Below are positions 63,902 to 64,000 of a stretch of DNA of 64,000 bases, in pieces. Numbering within the stretch: the first letter of the stretch is position 1; each line of letters begins with the position of its first letter. A program made the translations under genes and the position numbers. The notes below the pieces were generated by a model, which saw nothing but the letters and a program-made list of their open reading frames with translations, searched no databases and was not told where the DNA came from. This DNA comes from Euprymna scolopes (lineage: Eukaryota), in NCBI GenBank assembly GCA_053919585.1, contig CM132798.1; one strand, written 5' to 3'.

Positions 63902-64000
63902 ATGTGGTCAGCTATATCCAACTTTTCAGTATCTCCACGTAGTATGGCTTTTCTGTGTTCTAATTTTACTTTTAGCGACTTGTTCTTATAATGGCTGATT

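Overview
AT-rich, repeat-dense eukaryotic (invertebrate) genomic DNA with six assembly gaps and many (TA)n/(CA)n microsatellites. The 5S-like sequences resemble molluscan 5S, so a mollusc or cephalopod is plausible but is only an inference. The one credible host coding sequence is a minus-strand 280-aa type I membrane protein exon (28814-29656) that probably splices onward. Most of the recognisable remainder is mobile DNA: an intact, young IR/DR-type Tc1 (DD34E) transposon (7017-8651), deleted mariner copies, about 15 non-autonomous Helitrons, and 3' remnants of CR1/L2-like and RTE LINEs. The most notable content is a set of small RNA-derived retroelements. (1) At least six copies of a SINE-like family whose head is the 5' end of U2 snRNA, including the GUAGUA branch-point recognition sequence; five have TSDs, and further elements are nested at one site in that head. 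(2) 5S rRNA-headed SINEs, one with a twin-priming-type 5' inversion. (3) About 15 hammerhead-ribozyme motifs from several unrelated short families. Several sit downstream of tRNA-like Pol III heads, and several have inverted tail duplications, including a near-perfect 170-bp palindrome of two back-to-back hammerheads. All calls were made by eye, without database searches.
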